Assembly: GCA_963708135.1 (NCBI GenBank)
Contig: OY970192.1
Coordinates: 5,280,001 to 5,344,000 of the forward strand
From: an uncultured Gemmatimonadales bacterium
GTDB taxonomy: Bacteria; Gemmatimonadota; Gemmatimonadetes; Longimicrobiales; RSA9
Direction of reading: 5' to 3'
Length of the DNA: 64,000 bases
Of this stretch, positions 30,429 through 38,436 are shown one piece after another. A program made the position numbers and the translations under genes. Within the stretch, counting starts at the first letter, position 1. Each line of letters opens with the position of its first letter. The notes beneath the pieces are model-generated. The model was not told the DNA's origin and ran no database searches. It worked only from the letters and a program-made list of their open reading frames with translations.

Positions 30429-30563
30429 GCTGCCCTCCTTCGTATCGGGATCGAGGCGGTCTCTGTGCACGCCTCCATCCATACGTCGAACGAGCCCGGC
30501 CGGCATCGACACGCCCTCCCCGATCCGCCGCCAGTCGCCGGGCGCAGCGCGCAACAGGCACGC

Positions 30564-31454
30564 TCAGCCGCCCGGACCCTGCTCCTGCGGCCCGCATGCC
30601 AGCGCCGCGACCTGCCGCTCCCACTCGCCTTCGTCGCGCGCCTTGCGCGCCCGGAAGTTGATGCCGAGCGTGCCGAACTCCGCCGCGCTCGACGCCTGCG
30701 GCGCGCCGGCGAACACGTCCGCCCGCCAGGTGATCTCGAATCCCGTGAATCCCGCGGCCACGACCGTGGCCTGGAGCTCCGCTTCCAGCAGAGCGCCCGC
30801 GATTCACCCCTTCCACAGATCGATGTCGCGGCGGGCGCCCTCGCCCACCGGCTTCTGCACCAGGATGTCCGCCAGCTGGAGGCGCCCGCCCGGCCGGAGC
30901 ACGCGCGCCATCTCGCCCAGCCCCGCCAGCTTGTCCGGAAACAGGTTCAGCACCCCGTTCGAGATCACGACGTCCGCCCATCCGTCCGGCACCGGCAGCG
31001 ACTCGGCCAGCCCTTCCCGGAACTCGACGTGCGAGGCACCCATCCTGGCCGCCGCCGCCCGTGCCTTCGTCAACATCGCCGGCGTCATGTCCACCCCGAT
31101 CACCCGCCCCTCGGGACCCACCATCTTCCCCGCGATCAGACTGTCGATGCCCGCGCCCGCCCCGACGTCCACCACCCGCTCGCCCCGACCCGGTGGGCCG
31201 AGGCTGAACGGATTCCCCGTCCCCGCGAACGACGCGATCGACTCCTCCGGCACTCCCTCGAGCCAGGCTTCCTCGTAGCGGAGGAGCCGCGCCAGCGGCC
31301 GCCCAGTGTGGAAGTGGAAGCCCCGCTCTGGATCCGCCGCCACCGTCGCGTACTCCTCCTGGATCGCCTCCCGCAGCCGCTCGACGTCGAGGCCCTCCGT
31401 CGGCCGCGCGACGTGGGGCAGCGTCTGCGCCGGAGCACGTCCCCTTCCTGCCAT
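30564..31454 (-). CDS. ArsM-like SAM-dependent methyltransferase, probable selenoprotein (TGA at 30804-30806 = Sec)
   Basis: VDVGAGAGID, GVDMT and ISNGVLNL.PDK. Reading continues in frame LWKG-TGA-IAGALLE, where ArsM has W.GC.AGAL. SECIS-like hairpin follows. Confidence 0.8.
30776..30806 (-). promoter_or_regulatory. Putative bacterial SECIS element
   Basis: UGA-AUCGCGGGC-GCUCUGCU-GGA-AGCGGAGC: 8-bp stem with a G-first apical loop ~18 nt after the UGA. Confidence 0.65.
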
Positions 31455-31568
31455 CTCGACCTCCCGGATCCTGGCGTGGTCGGGCCCCCTCCCCGGCGGA
31501 GCGGCCCCTTGACGCCGGTGGTTGTTCCGCTACTCTATGGAGCATTGGAATACGACGCAAGGGACGAC

Positions 31569-32270
31569 ATGGGACACCGCGAGCTCAAGGATCCGCTCTA
31601 TCAGCAGTTCGCCCGCATCGGCGACGCCCTCGGCAGCCCTCGCCGCATCGAGCTCCTCGACCTGCTGGCGCAGGGCGAGAAGACCGTCGAGCGGCTGGCG
31701 GAGCAGGCGGCGATGCCGGTGAAGAACACCAGCGCGCACCTGCGCGTGCTGCGGCAGGCACGCCTCGTCGAGACGCGGCGGAACGGCACGTTCGTCCACT
31801 ACCGCCTTGCCGGCGACGACGTCTTCGACCTGCTCCGCGCGCTCCAGATCGCGGCCCGGAACCGTCTCGCCGAGGTGGAGCAGGTCACGAACCTGTACCT
31901 GACGCGCCGCGACGCGCTCGAGCCGGTCACGGGCGAGGAGCTGCGTCGCCTGGTGCGGGAGGGTGGCGTGACGGTCCTGGATGCGCGCCCGCGTGAGGAA
32001 TACGAGGCCGGGCACATCCCCGGCGCGCTGTCCGTGCCGGTGGATGAGCTGGAGCGCCGGCTGTCGGCGATTCCGGCGGACCGCGAGGTGATCGCCTACT
32101 GCCGCGGCCCCTACTGCGTGTTCGCGCTGGAGGCCGTGACGCTCCTGCGGGAGCGCGGCTACCGCGCGCGGCGGGCTGAGGACGGGCTGCCGGAGTGGCG
32201 GTCGAGCGGGATGCCCGTCGCGACCGGCCCGTCGCCATCGAGTGAACCCACCGACCAGAGGCCGCGATGA
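31569..32270 (+). CDS. ArsR/SmtB regulator fused to a rhodanese domain
   Basis: LYQQFARIGDALGSPRRIELLDLLAQGEKTVE HTH; LDARP.EEY..GHIPGA and AYCRGPYC rhodanese motifs. Confidence 0.92.
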   Translation: MGHRELKDPLYQQFARIGDALGSPRRIELLDLLAQGEKTVERLAEQAAMPVKNTSAHLRVLRQARLVETRRNGTFVHYRLAGDDVFDLLRALQIAARNRLAEVEQVTNLYLTRRDALEPVTGEELRRLVREGGVTVLDARPREEYEAGHIPGALSVPVDELERRLSAIPADREVIAYCRGPYCVFALEAVTLLRERGYRARRAEDGLPEWRSSGMPVATGPSPSSEPTDQRPR

Positions 32271-32357
32271 TCCTGCGTCAGTTCCTTCACCACGATCCGA
32301 CGATCGCGGCCTCGTACCTGTTCGGCTGTGGCAGCCGGGCGGTGGGCGCTATGGTCC
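32267..32357 (+). pseudogene. 5' remnant of an MBL-fold hydrolase (persulfide dioxygenase-like)
   Basis: ATGA-coupled MILRQFLHHDPTIAASYLFGCGSRAVGAMV, then non-coding-like sequence; no HxHxDH motif reached. Confidence 0.6.
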
Positions 32358-32377
32358 GTGCCGCTCCCCGTCCGCCT

Positions 32378-32520
32378 GCCCCTGCCCGCTGCCTCTCTTT
32401 GCCCGTCTTCCATGCCCTTGCCGCTGAGGCGTGCCCCGGCCGTTCGGCCGCAAGACAGCCGGGCGAGGGTCACGTTCACGGGCACGGAAGACGGGCAGAA
32501 CGAGGCAGGCGGGCAGGGGC
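32378..32520. repeat. ~143-bp imperfect palindromic element (REP/MITE-like)
   Basis: Left arm gcccctgcccgc-tgcctc..tgcccgtcttcc-atgccc pairs with right arm gggcac-ggaagacgggca..gaggca-ggcgggcaggggc. Confidence 0.7.
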
Positions 32521-32700
32521 GGGGGCACGGGAACGTGCACCTGCCTGCCTCGCGCATTGCTGCCCTCCCGCCTGCGCTGCCGGCTATCCGGACGGCCCCC
32601 TGGACGACGGCGCCGGACTCCCCTGAACGGTGGCGGAGGTGGGAAGGCCCTCGCAGGCCCAAGGACTGCCGTCCACGAGGCGGGCGTTGGGCCCCGAGGC

Positions 32701-33096
32701 TCAGTGGCTCCAGTCCTCCACGTCGAGCCCGGGTACCCGCTCGAACTCCCGCGTGTTGGCCGTGACGACCCTGAGGCCGGCCGCGAGCGCCATGCACGCG
32801 ATCATCAGGTCGCGATCGCCGATCGGCATCCGCCGCAGCTCGTGGCGCAGCCGACCGTGCAGCTCGGCCGCCGGCCGCTCGAACGGCAGCACCGTGAAGT
32901 TCTCGAGCAGGCGACCCCACCCCTTCAGCTTCCGCTCCGGCGCACCGCTCTTCACGGCACCGTACCAGAGCTCGGCGATCGTCACCACGGAAATCGCCAG
33001 GTCGCCGGGGCTCTCACGCCTCAGCCGGTCCCGTACCGCCGCCGGTTCGCCGCGCTGCGCGTGGATCAGCACGTTCGTGTCCAGCAGCCAGATCAT
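32701..33096 (-). CDS. vapC: VapC PIN-domain toxin
   Basis: [30 protein letters not shown] and [14 protein letters not shown]. Confidence 0.93.
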   Translation of the reverse strand: MIWLLDTNVLIHAQRGEPAAVRDRLRRESPGDLAISVVTIAELWYGAVKSGAPERKLKGWGRLLENFTVLPFERPAAELHGRLRHELRRMPIGDRDLMIACMALAAGLRVVTANTREFERVPGLDVEDWSH

Positions 33097-33365
33097 CCCT
33101 CGTCCGTATCTCCGTCCTGGAACCGGATCGAGAGCGGGGCGACATCGCCCAGCTCGAGCTCATCGCGGTGCCGGTCCACCCAGGTCCAGAAGCCGCGCGG
33201 CCACTCCCGCTTCTTCACCGGCTCGAGGACGACGGCGTCCCCCTCCTTCCGGATCGACACCTCGTCGCCCGGGAACCGGAACTCCTTGGGCAGTCTCACT
33301 GCCTGTGAGCGCCCGTTCCAGAACAGCTTCGCCCGCCTGTCCTTCGACCCTGTTCCATCGCCCAT
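33093..33365 (-). CDS. vapB: VapB/AbrB-type antitoxin
   Basis: [20 protein letters not shown]; overlaps the vapC start. Confidence 0.92.
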   Translation of the reverse strand: MGDGTGSKDRRAKLFWNGRSQAVRLPKEFRFPGDEVSIRKEGDAVVLEPVKKREWPRGFWTWVDRHRDELELGDVAPLSIRFQDGDTDEG

Positions 33366-33382
33366 TCGCCCTCCTCACCTTG

Positions 33383-33400
33383 ATATATACCAGTATATAT
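33383..33400. promoter_or_regulatory. vapBC operator palindrome
   Basis: ATATATAC-CA-GTATATAT perfect 8-2-8 inverted repeat, just upstream of the GAGGAGG RBS. Confidence 0.75.
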
Positions 33401-33425
33401 TGCCGCCGGCAGGAGACAAGGCCCG

Positions 33426-34406
33426 TCAGCGCACCCGCACCCCCGCCACCGTGTCCCAGTGCAGCGGGTGGTCGCTCTTCGGCAGCGGCGCCCCAGGCGT
33501 CCGGGCAATCGTGACGCCGTACTGCCAGCTCGGCGGGCAGATGGCGATGTAGCGCGCATAGCCGCCCGTCCCGCCCTTGAATTTCGGGTAGCCGATGGCC
33601 ACGAGGCAGCCCGTGGGCGGCACCTCGTCCAGGTGCGCCACGCCCTCCGCCTGCGTGTAGCCGTGGTGCATGAGCCACGACTCGCTCTCGAGCGTGGAGG
33701 TCGTGTCCGTGTCCAGCGGCTCGTGGCCGTGGAAGAGAATGTGCCGTTGCAGGTGCAGGAACTGAACGGCGGCGAGGGTGACGCCGGGAAACACCGTCTC
33801 GGAGGCCAGCTTCGGATCCGGCCAGCGCTTCGACCAGTCGGAGCGCACCATGACCACGGACCCCTCCGGGATCCGCCCGTGCGCCGCCTCCCACGCGTGG
33901 ATGTCCGACACCTGTAGCTGGTAGCCCGGATGCTTCGCCACGGAGTCCACGATCGAGATCACCACCAGCGGCCGCACCGCGAACGTCGCCGGCAGCTCGT
34001 CGATCGACGGGTACTCCGGCGCCCAGTGCGCCGGCGGGTCGAGCTGCGTGCCGTACTGGTCCGTGGTCAGGTTGTAGTGCGTGGCCTCGAAGCCGTCCTT
34101 GGCCCACGTGTACGCCCGCCCCGTCGCCGGGTCCACCGTCGGGCCGAACGTGGCGTGCCCGAAGCCGTGCCACACCGGGATCGACGGCGTGATCGTGTGC
34201 GTCAGGTCGATGTACTTCGCGCCGCGCAGCGAATTGTCGTAGACGCCCCAGAGCCCCGGCGCCTGTGCCGCGGGGGTCGCCCGCGCCTCGCCCAGCTTGT
34301 ACGCCCCCATGACCTGCCAGGCGACGACGACCGCGGCCGCCACCACCGCGAGCCACGCCACCCGCTTCACCGCAGTCAGTTTTCGGACCCGCCGCTCATC
34401 GGCCAT
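33426..34406 (-). CDS. Cyclase-family (kynurenine formamidase-like) protein with N-terminal membrane anchor
   Basis: IDLTHTI, QYGTQLDPPAH (variant of HxGTHxDxPxH), GRIPEGSVVMVRSDW and GGTGG.ARYIA. Confidence 0.85.
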   Translation of the reverse strand: MADERRVRKLTAVKRVAWLAVVAAAVVVAWQVMGAYKLGEARATPAAQAPGLWGVYDNSLRGAKYIDLTHTITPSIPVWHGFGHATFGPTVDPATGRAYTWAKDGFEATHYNLTTDQYGTQLDPPAHWAPEYPSIDELPATFAVRPLVVISIVDSVAKHPGYQLQVSDIHAWEAAHGRIPEGSVVMVRSDWSKRWPDPKLASETVFPGVTLAAVQFLHLQRHILFHGHEPLDTDTTSTLESESWLMHHGYTQAEGVAHLDEVPPTGCLVAIGYPKFKGGTGGYARYIAICPPSWQYGVTIARTPGAPLPKSDHPLHWDTVAGVRVR

Positions 34407-34625
34407 CGCGTCGCTCCCGCGTTCACGCCCGGGCCGTCGCTCGGCTGCGCCCTGTTGCCCGCGCGGTATGTGGATGTCGGAGGAATCCCGCCGAAGATAG
34501 CGAGAAGCCCGTGCGGGCGAAAACGGCGGCGCTGCTCGGCGACCCCGGCGCCGATGGCGACGACACGCCGCCCGTCGAACGGCCGATGGCTCGCGCGGCC
34601 CTGGCCAGCGGGTCGGCGGGGGGAA

Positions 34626-35063
34626 CTATGGACGCCCGTCGAGAACCGCCAGTTGCCCGCGCCGCGAATAGGCCAGGATCTCCTGGTCACAGGTCGCGAG
34701 ACGCCCTCCCGAAACCCGCGCGCTCGCCATGAGCATCCGGTCGGAAGGATCGCCGTGCGGGTCGCCGGGAAGCCGCGTGCTCGCGATGGCGACTTCCGGA
34801 CTCAGCGGAAGGAGCCGGATGCCCGGGGCACGCAGCGCAGCCGTGACCCACTCATGGATCGGCTGCGACAAACTGATGCGTCCCCGGGCCTCGAGCATCG
34901 CCACCTCCCAGACGGAAATCGCGCTCACGCGCACCGCACCGCGCCGGCCCGCCTCCTCGATGGCCTCGATGGCGCCTTCGGAGAGAACGCCGGGCATGCC
35001 CTCGACCATCCAGATCCAGACGTGCGTGTCGAGAATGAGCGGGCCCTCCACGCCTTCAGCCAT
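34626..35063 (-). CDS. vapC: PIN-domain (VapC-type) toxin
   Basis: LILDTHVWIW, VSAISVWEV and HGDPSDRMLMA. Confidence 0.9.
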   Translation of the reverse strand: MAEGVEGPLILDTHVWIWMVEGMPGVLSEGAIEAIEEAGRRGAVRVSAISVWEVAMLEARGRISLSQPIHEWVTAALRAPGIRLLPLSPEVAIASTRLPGDPHGDPSDRMLMASARVSGGRLATCDQEILAYSRRGQLAVLDGRP

Positions 35064-35328
35064 CGGCCTCCCAGGACTCGCCGAGCGGCGCGGCGATATC
35101 GCCGTGGATGGTCAGCGAACCCGCGAGCCAGCCGAAGATCCGCCCGCCCCCCTCGGACCCCTCGTAGGGGACCAGCTTCGCCACCCGCCGACCATAGCGC
35201 GTCACCACCACTTCCTGGCGACCCTGGCCGACGCGGTCCAGGTACTCGTGCCATGCGTTCTTCAACTCGCTCGCCGACACCTCGATCGGTTCCGTCTTCC
35301 CCGTGCCCTCGGGCCTGTCACGTTGCAT
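35056..35328 (-). CDS. Phd/YefM-family antitoxin
   Basis: VSASELKN...LDRV..GRQEVVVTRYGRRVAKLVP. Confidence 0.9.
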   Translation of the reverse strand: MQRDRPEGTGKTEPIEVSASELKNAWHEYLDRVGQGRQEVVVTRYGRRVAKLVPYEGSEGGGRIFGWLAGSLTIHGDIAAPLGESWEADG

Positions 35329-35342
35329 CCGCCACCTCCATG

Positions 35343-35364
35343 TTGGCTAACAAATATTAGCCAA
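35343..35364. promoter_or_regulatory. phd-vapC operator palindrome
   Basis: TTGGCTAA-CAAATA-TTAGCCAA perfect 8-6-8 inverted repeat upstream of the GGAGGT RBS. Confidence 0.75.
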
Positions 35365-35565
35365 TATGGCCCGACCGTTCAATGGGCCCGGCCTCGCCAG
35401 ACCCGCGGCAGCTCGGTGTGGTGAACCCATCGACCAGGGCGCGCGCCCGCGGTTGTGGCGCGTGCGGGCCGGTGGCACATTGCATCATCGACCGCGCTTC
35501 ACGTTGGTGCGGGCAGGTGCCCACGAAGCCCGTTCCGGCCCCACTCGAATCCCGAGGCCGCTGCC

Positions 35566-36912
35566 ATGCGCTTCCGACTCCCGTTCGCGTCGTGCCTGGT
35601 GGTCTTCTGGGCGGCCGCCGCCGCCGCCCCCGTCCGCGCGCAGGCGCCCGACCCGGCGCTCATGGCGCAGATCGACCGCATCCCCGCCATCGACAACCAC
35701 TCGCACCCGCCGAAGGTCGTGGCCGCGGGCGAGAAGGACGACGAGTTCGACGCGCTCCCCTGCGATCCGCTCGAGCCGACCGGTGCGGGGCTCATGACGC
35801 AGGCGGACAACCCCGAGTACCTCGCCGCCTGGAAGGACCTGTGGGGTTATCCCTACGACGATCGCGATTCCGCGCACGTGGCCTGGCTCGTCGGCGCGAA
35901 GGAGCGTGCGCGCGCCGAGCATGGAGATGGCTATCCCGGGTGGATCCTCGACAAGCTCGGGATCCAGGTCGAGCTGTCGAACCGCATCGCGATGGGGCGA
36001 GGTCTCGACGCGCAGCACCACCGCTGGGTGCCCTTCGACGACGCGCTCCTCTTTCCGCTGGACAACACCGCCCTCGCCGCGCAGACCCCCGACCGGAAGT
36101 TCTTCTTCTCGCGCGAGGACATGCTGCAGCGCCGCTACCGCGGCGACGTAGGGGTGCCGGCGCTGCCGGCGACGCTGGCCGGGTACACGTCGCGCGTCGT
36201 GACCCCGGAGCTGGAGCGGCAGGCGCGAGAGGGCGCCGTCGCCATCAAGTTCGAGGTCGCGTACCTGCGCCCGCTCGACTTCGAGCCGGCCGACGAGCAG
36301 ACCGCCGCGGCCGCCTACGCGGCCGGCGCGCGCGGGGCGGCGCCCGACACGGCCGCGTACCGGCACCTCCAGGACTACCTCTTCCACTACATCGCCCGCG
36401 AGGCCGGGCGGCTCGGCCTCCCGGTGCACATCCACACCGGCGCGGGCTGCGGCAGCTACTTCTCGCTGCGGGGCGCCAACCCGCTCCTGCTGGAGCCCGT
36501 GCTCAACGACCCGACGCTCCGGAGGACGAACTTCGTGCTCCTGCACGGCGGCGCCGTGGCGTACACCCGTGACATCGCCTACCTGCTCATGAAGCCGAAC
36601 GTCTACACCGACATGTCGCAGCAGACCTGGATGGAGTCGCCGCGCCAGCTCGCGTCGGTGCTGCGCTACTGGCTGGAGTGGTATCCGGACAAGGTTCTCT
36701 TCGGCACCGATCTCTACCCGACGGGTGCGACCGCGATCGACTGGGAGGAGATCGGCTGGCAGACGACCCACGCCGCCCGCGAGGCGCTGGGCATCGCGCT
36801 GACGGGCATGATCAACGACCACGAGATCACCCGCGCCCGGGCCCTCGAGATCGCCCGCGAGGTGCTGCGCGGCAACGCGATGCGGCTGTACGGCTGGCTG
36901 GCCCACCCGTAG
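35566..36912 (+). CDS. Secreted amidohydrolase-family protein
   Basis: Signal peptide; IDNHSH, VAIKF, PVHIHTG, VLLHGG and KVLFGTD. Confidence 0.85.
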   Translation: MRFRLPFASCLVVFWAAAAAAPVRAQAPDPALMAQIDRIPAIDNHSHPPKVVAAGEKDDEFDALPCDPLEPTGAGLMTQADNPEYLAAWKDLWGYPYDDRDSAHVAWLVGAKERARAEHGDGYPGWILDKLGIQVELSNRIAMGRGLDAQHHRWVPFDDALLFPLDNTALAAQTPDRKFFFSREDMLQRRYRGDVGVPALPATLAGYTSRVVTPELERQAREGAVAIKFEVAYLRPLDFEPADEQTAAAAYAAGARGAAPDTAAYRHLQDYLFHYIAREAGRLGLPVHIHTGAGCGSYFSLRGANPLLLEPVLNDPTLRRTNFVLLHGGAVAYTRDIAYLLMKPNVYTDMSQQTWMESPRQLASVLRYWLEWYPDKVLFGTDLYPTGATAIDWEEIGWQTTHAAREALGIALTGMINDHEITRARALEIAREVLRGNAMRLYGWLAHP

Positions 36913-37134
36913 CTGGCCGGGTCGGCTGCGGGCGCGTCCGTTGGACGAGGACGCCATGCACGCGGTGGACGGGACAGGCGACGTGGCTGGCCTTGCCCGG
37001 GTAGGGCTCGTGGACCATACTGTGGCAATTCTGGCCATGCCTCACCTCCTCGAAGCCCGCCGAATTCCCGGCTGGATGGGCTGCGGGCTACGGTACTGAA
37101 TGGCAGTTGCGAGAATCACAGGAGGGCGGGCCCC

Positions 37135-37452
37135 ATGCAGATTCAGATCAATACCGATGGCAACATCGAGGGTGATGACCGGCTGGCTCAACAGGTGGAA
37201 GCGGTGGTGAGGGACGCCCTGGACCGGTTCGCCGCCCAGATCACACGGGTGGAGGTCCACCTCAGCGATGAGAACAGCGACAAGAAGGTCGGCACCGAGG
37301 ACAAGCGATGCCTGCTGGAGGCCCGTCTCGCCGGTCTTCAACCGATCGCGGTTACGGATCGGGCGGCGACTCTGGAACAGGCCGTCGAGGGCGCCGTCCA
37401 GAAGTTGACGCATTCCCTCGAGAGCACTCTCGGGCGGCTGGGCAGGCGCTGA
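37135..37452 (+). CDS. HPF/RaiA-family ribosome-associated protein (short paralog)
   Basis: MQIQINTD...ITRVEVHLSDEN..K...DKRCLLEAR. GGAGGG RBS. Confidence 0.85.
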   Translation: MQIQINTDGNIEGDDRLAQQVEAVVRDALDRFAAQITRVEVHLSDENSDKKVGTEDKRCLLEARLAGLQPIAVTDRAATLEQAVEGAVQKLTHSLESTLGRLGRR

Positions 37453-37676
37453 TGGCCGACGCCTACCGCCGCATCGGCCACGCCTACGATGAACGAACGC
37501 GTGCGGCCCGGGCCGCCCCATCGGCCACGGTTCCCGCCGTCATCGAGCGCCTCGCCTTGCACATGTTCGCGTCGAATGCGCTGCACTGGGGGGCGCCGTC
37601 GATTCGAAACGGCGATCTCGCCTGGTTGTGCGCGCCTGCGTGCCTCCAGACCTCCGATACGGAAACGGCCCTGTGA
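37452..37676 (+). CDS. Possible small hypothetical protein (74 aa)
   Basis: TGATG-coupled to the upstream gene and GTGA-coupled to the downstream regulator; no recognisable motif. Confidence 0.3.
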   Translation: MADAYRRIGHAYDERTRAARAAPSATVPAVIERLALHMFASNALHWGAPSIRNGDLAWLCAPACLQTSDTETAL

Positions 37677-38314
37677 TCTCGGTTGCCCTCATCGAAGACA
37701 ATCGTCTGGTACGGCAAGGCATTAGCACGCTGCTGAGCCAGCTGCCGGACCTGGAGGTCGTCGCCGGCGGGGGCAGTGGCGATACCTCCCTGCTGAAGCA
37801 GGCGAACCCTCAGGTGGTCCTCCTGGATCTCGGATTGCGAAACGGCGACAGCCTGCGCGTGGCGCAGAAGGTCAGGAAGGAGCTGCCGACGTCCAAGGTC
37901 ATCGTCATGGACCTCCTCCCGGTGCACGAAGACATCGTGGAATTCGTCCACGCAGGCGTGTCGGGCTTCATCATGAAGGATGCCACACTCGAGGATCTCG
38001 CCGATACCATCCGGTCGGTGGCCGCGGGAGCCCCCGTGCTGCCGCCGCCCATGACCGGATCGCTGTTTTCCCAGATCGCGAGGGCCGCCGTTGCCGCGGG
38101 CCGACCTGCAGCGCTCAATGCCGTGCGCATGACGCCGCGCGAACGAGAGGTGATCAACCTCATCGCGGAAGGGTTCAGCAACAAGGAAATTGCCGGACGG
38201 CTCGACATCGCGCCCCACACCGTCAAGAGCCACGTGCGCAACATCATGGAGAAGCTGACGTTGCACACTCGCCTCCAGATCGCCGCCTTTGCCCACCAGG
38301 ATGGCGCCCTCTGA
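37673..38314 (+). CDS. NarL/FixJ-family response regulator (REC + LuxR HTH)
   Basis: ISVALIEDN, VVLLDL, FIMKD and TPREREVINLIAEGFSNKEIA. Confidence 0.92.
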   Translation: MISVALIEDNRLVRQGISTLLSQLPDLEVVAGGGSGDTSLLKQANPQVVLLDLGLRNGDSLRVAQKVRKELPTSKVIVMDLLPVHEDIVEFVHAGVSGFIMKDATLEDLADTIRSVAAGAPVLPPPMTGSLFSQIARAAVAAGRPAALNAVRMTPREREVINLIAEGFSNKEIAGRLDIAPHTVKSHVRNIMEKLTLHTRLQIAAFAHQDGAL

Positions 38315-38436
38315 GACCCCCCGAACGGCCTAGTCCCTTCGACCTACAGACCACTCGCGGCATGGTTCACAGGGCCTAGCGCTTCCTTCATACCTTCGAC
38401 CGATGGTGCGGGCGCCGCTTCTGCCTATCATTCAGT

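Noticed and set aside
30564..30806. Methyltransferase treated as a nonsense pseudogene plus a separate 65-aa ORF
   Set aside because: The stop is TGA exactly at a conserved Cys column, followed by a hairpin and an intact reading frame, so Sec is more parsimonious (though unproven).
29742..31568. N-terminal 609 aa of the 842-aa plus-strand ORF
   Set aside because: It is antisense to the VOC and methyltransferase genes; the real gene starts at ATG 31569.
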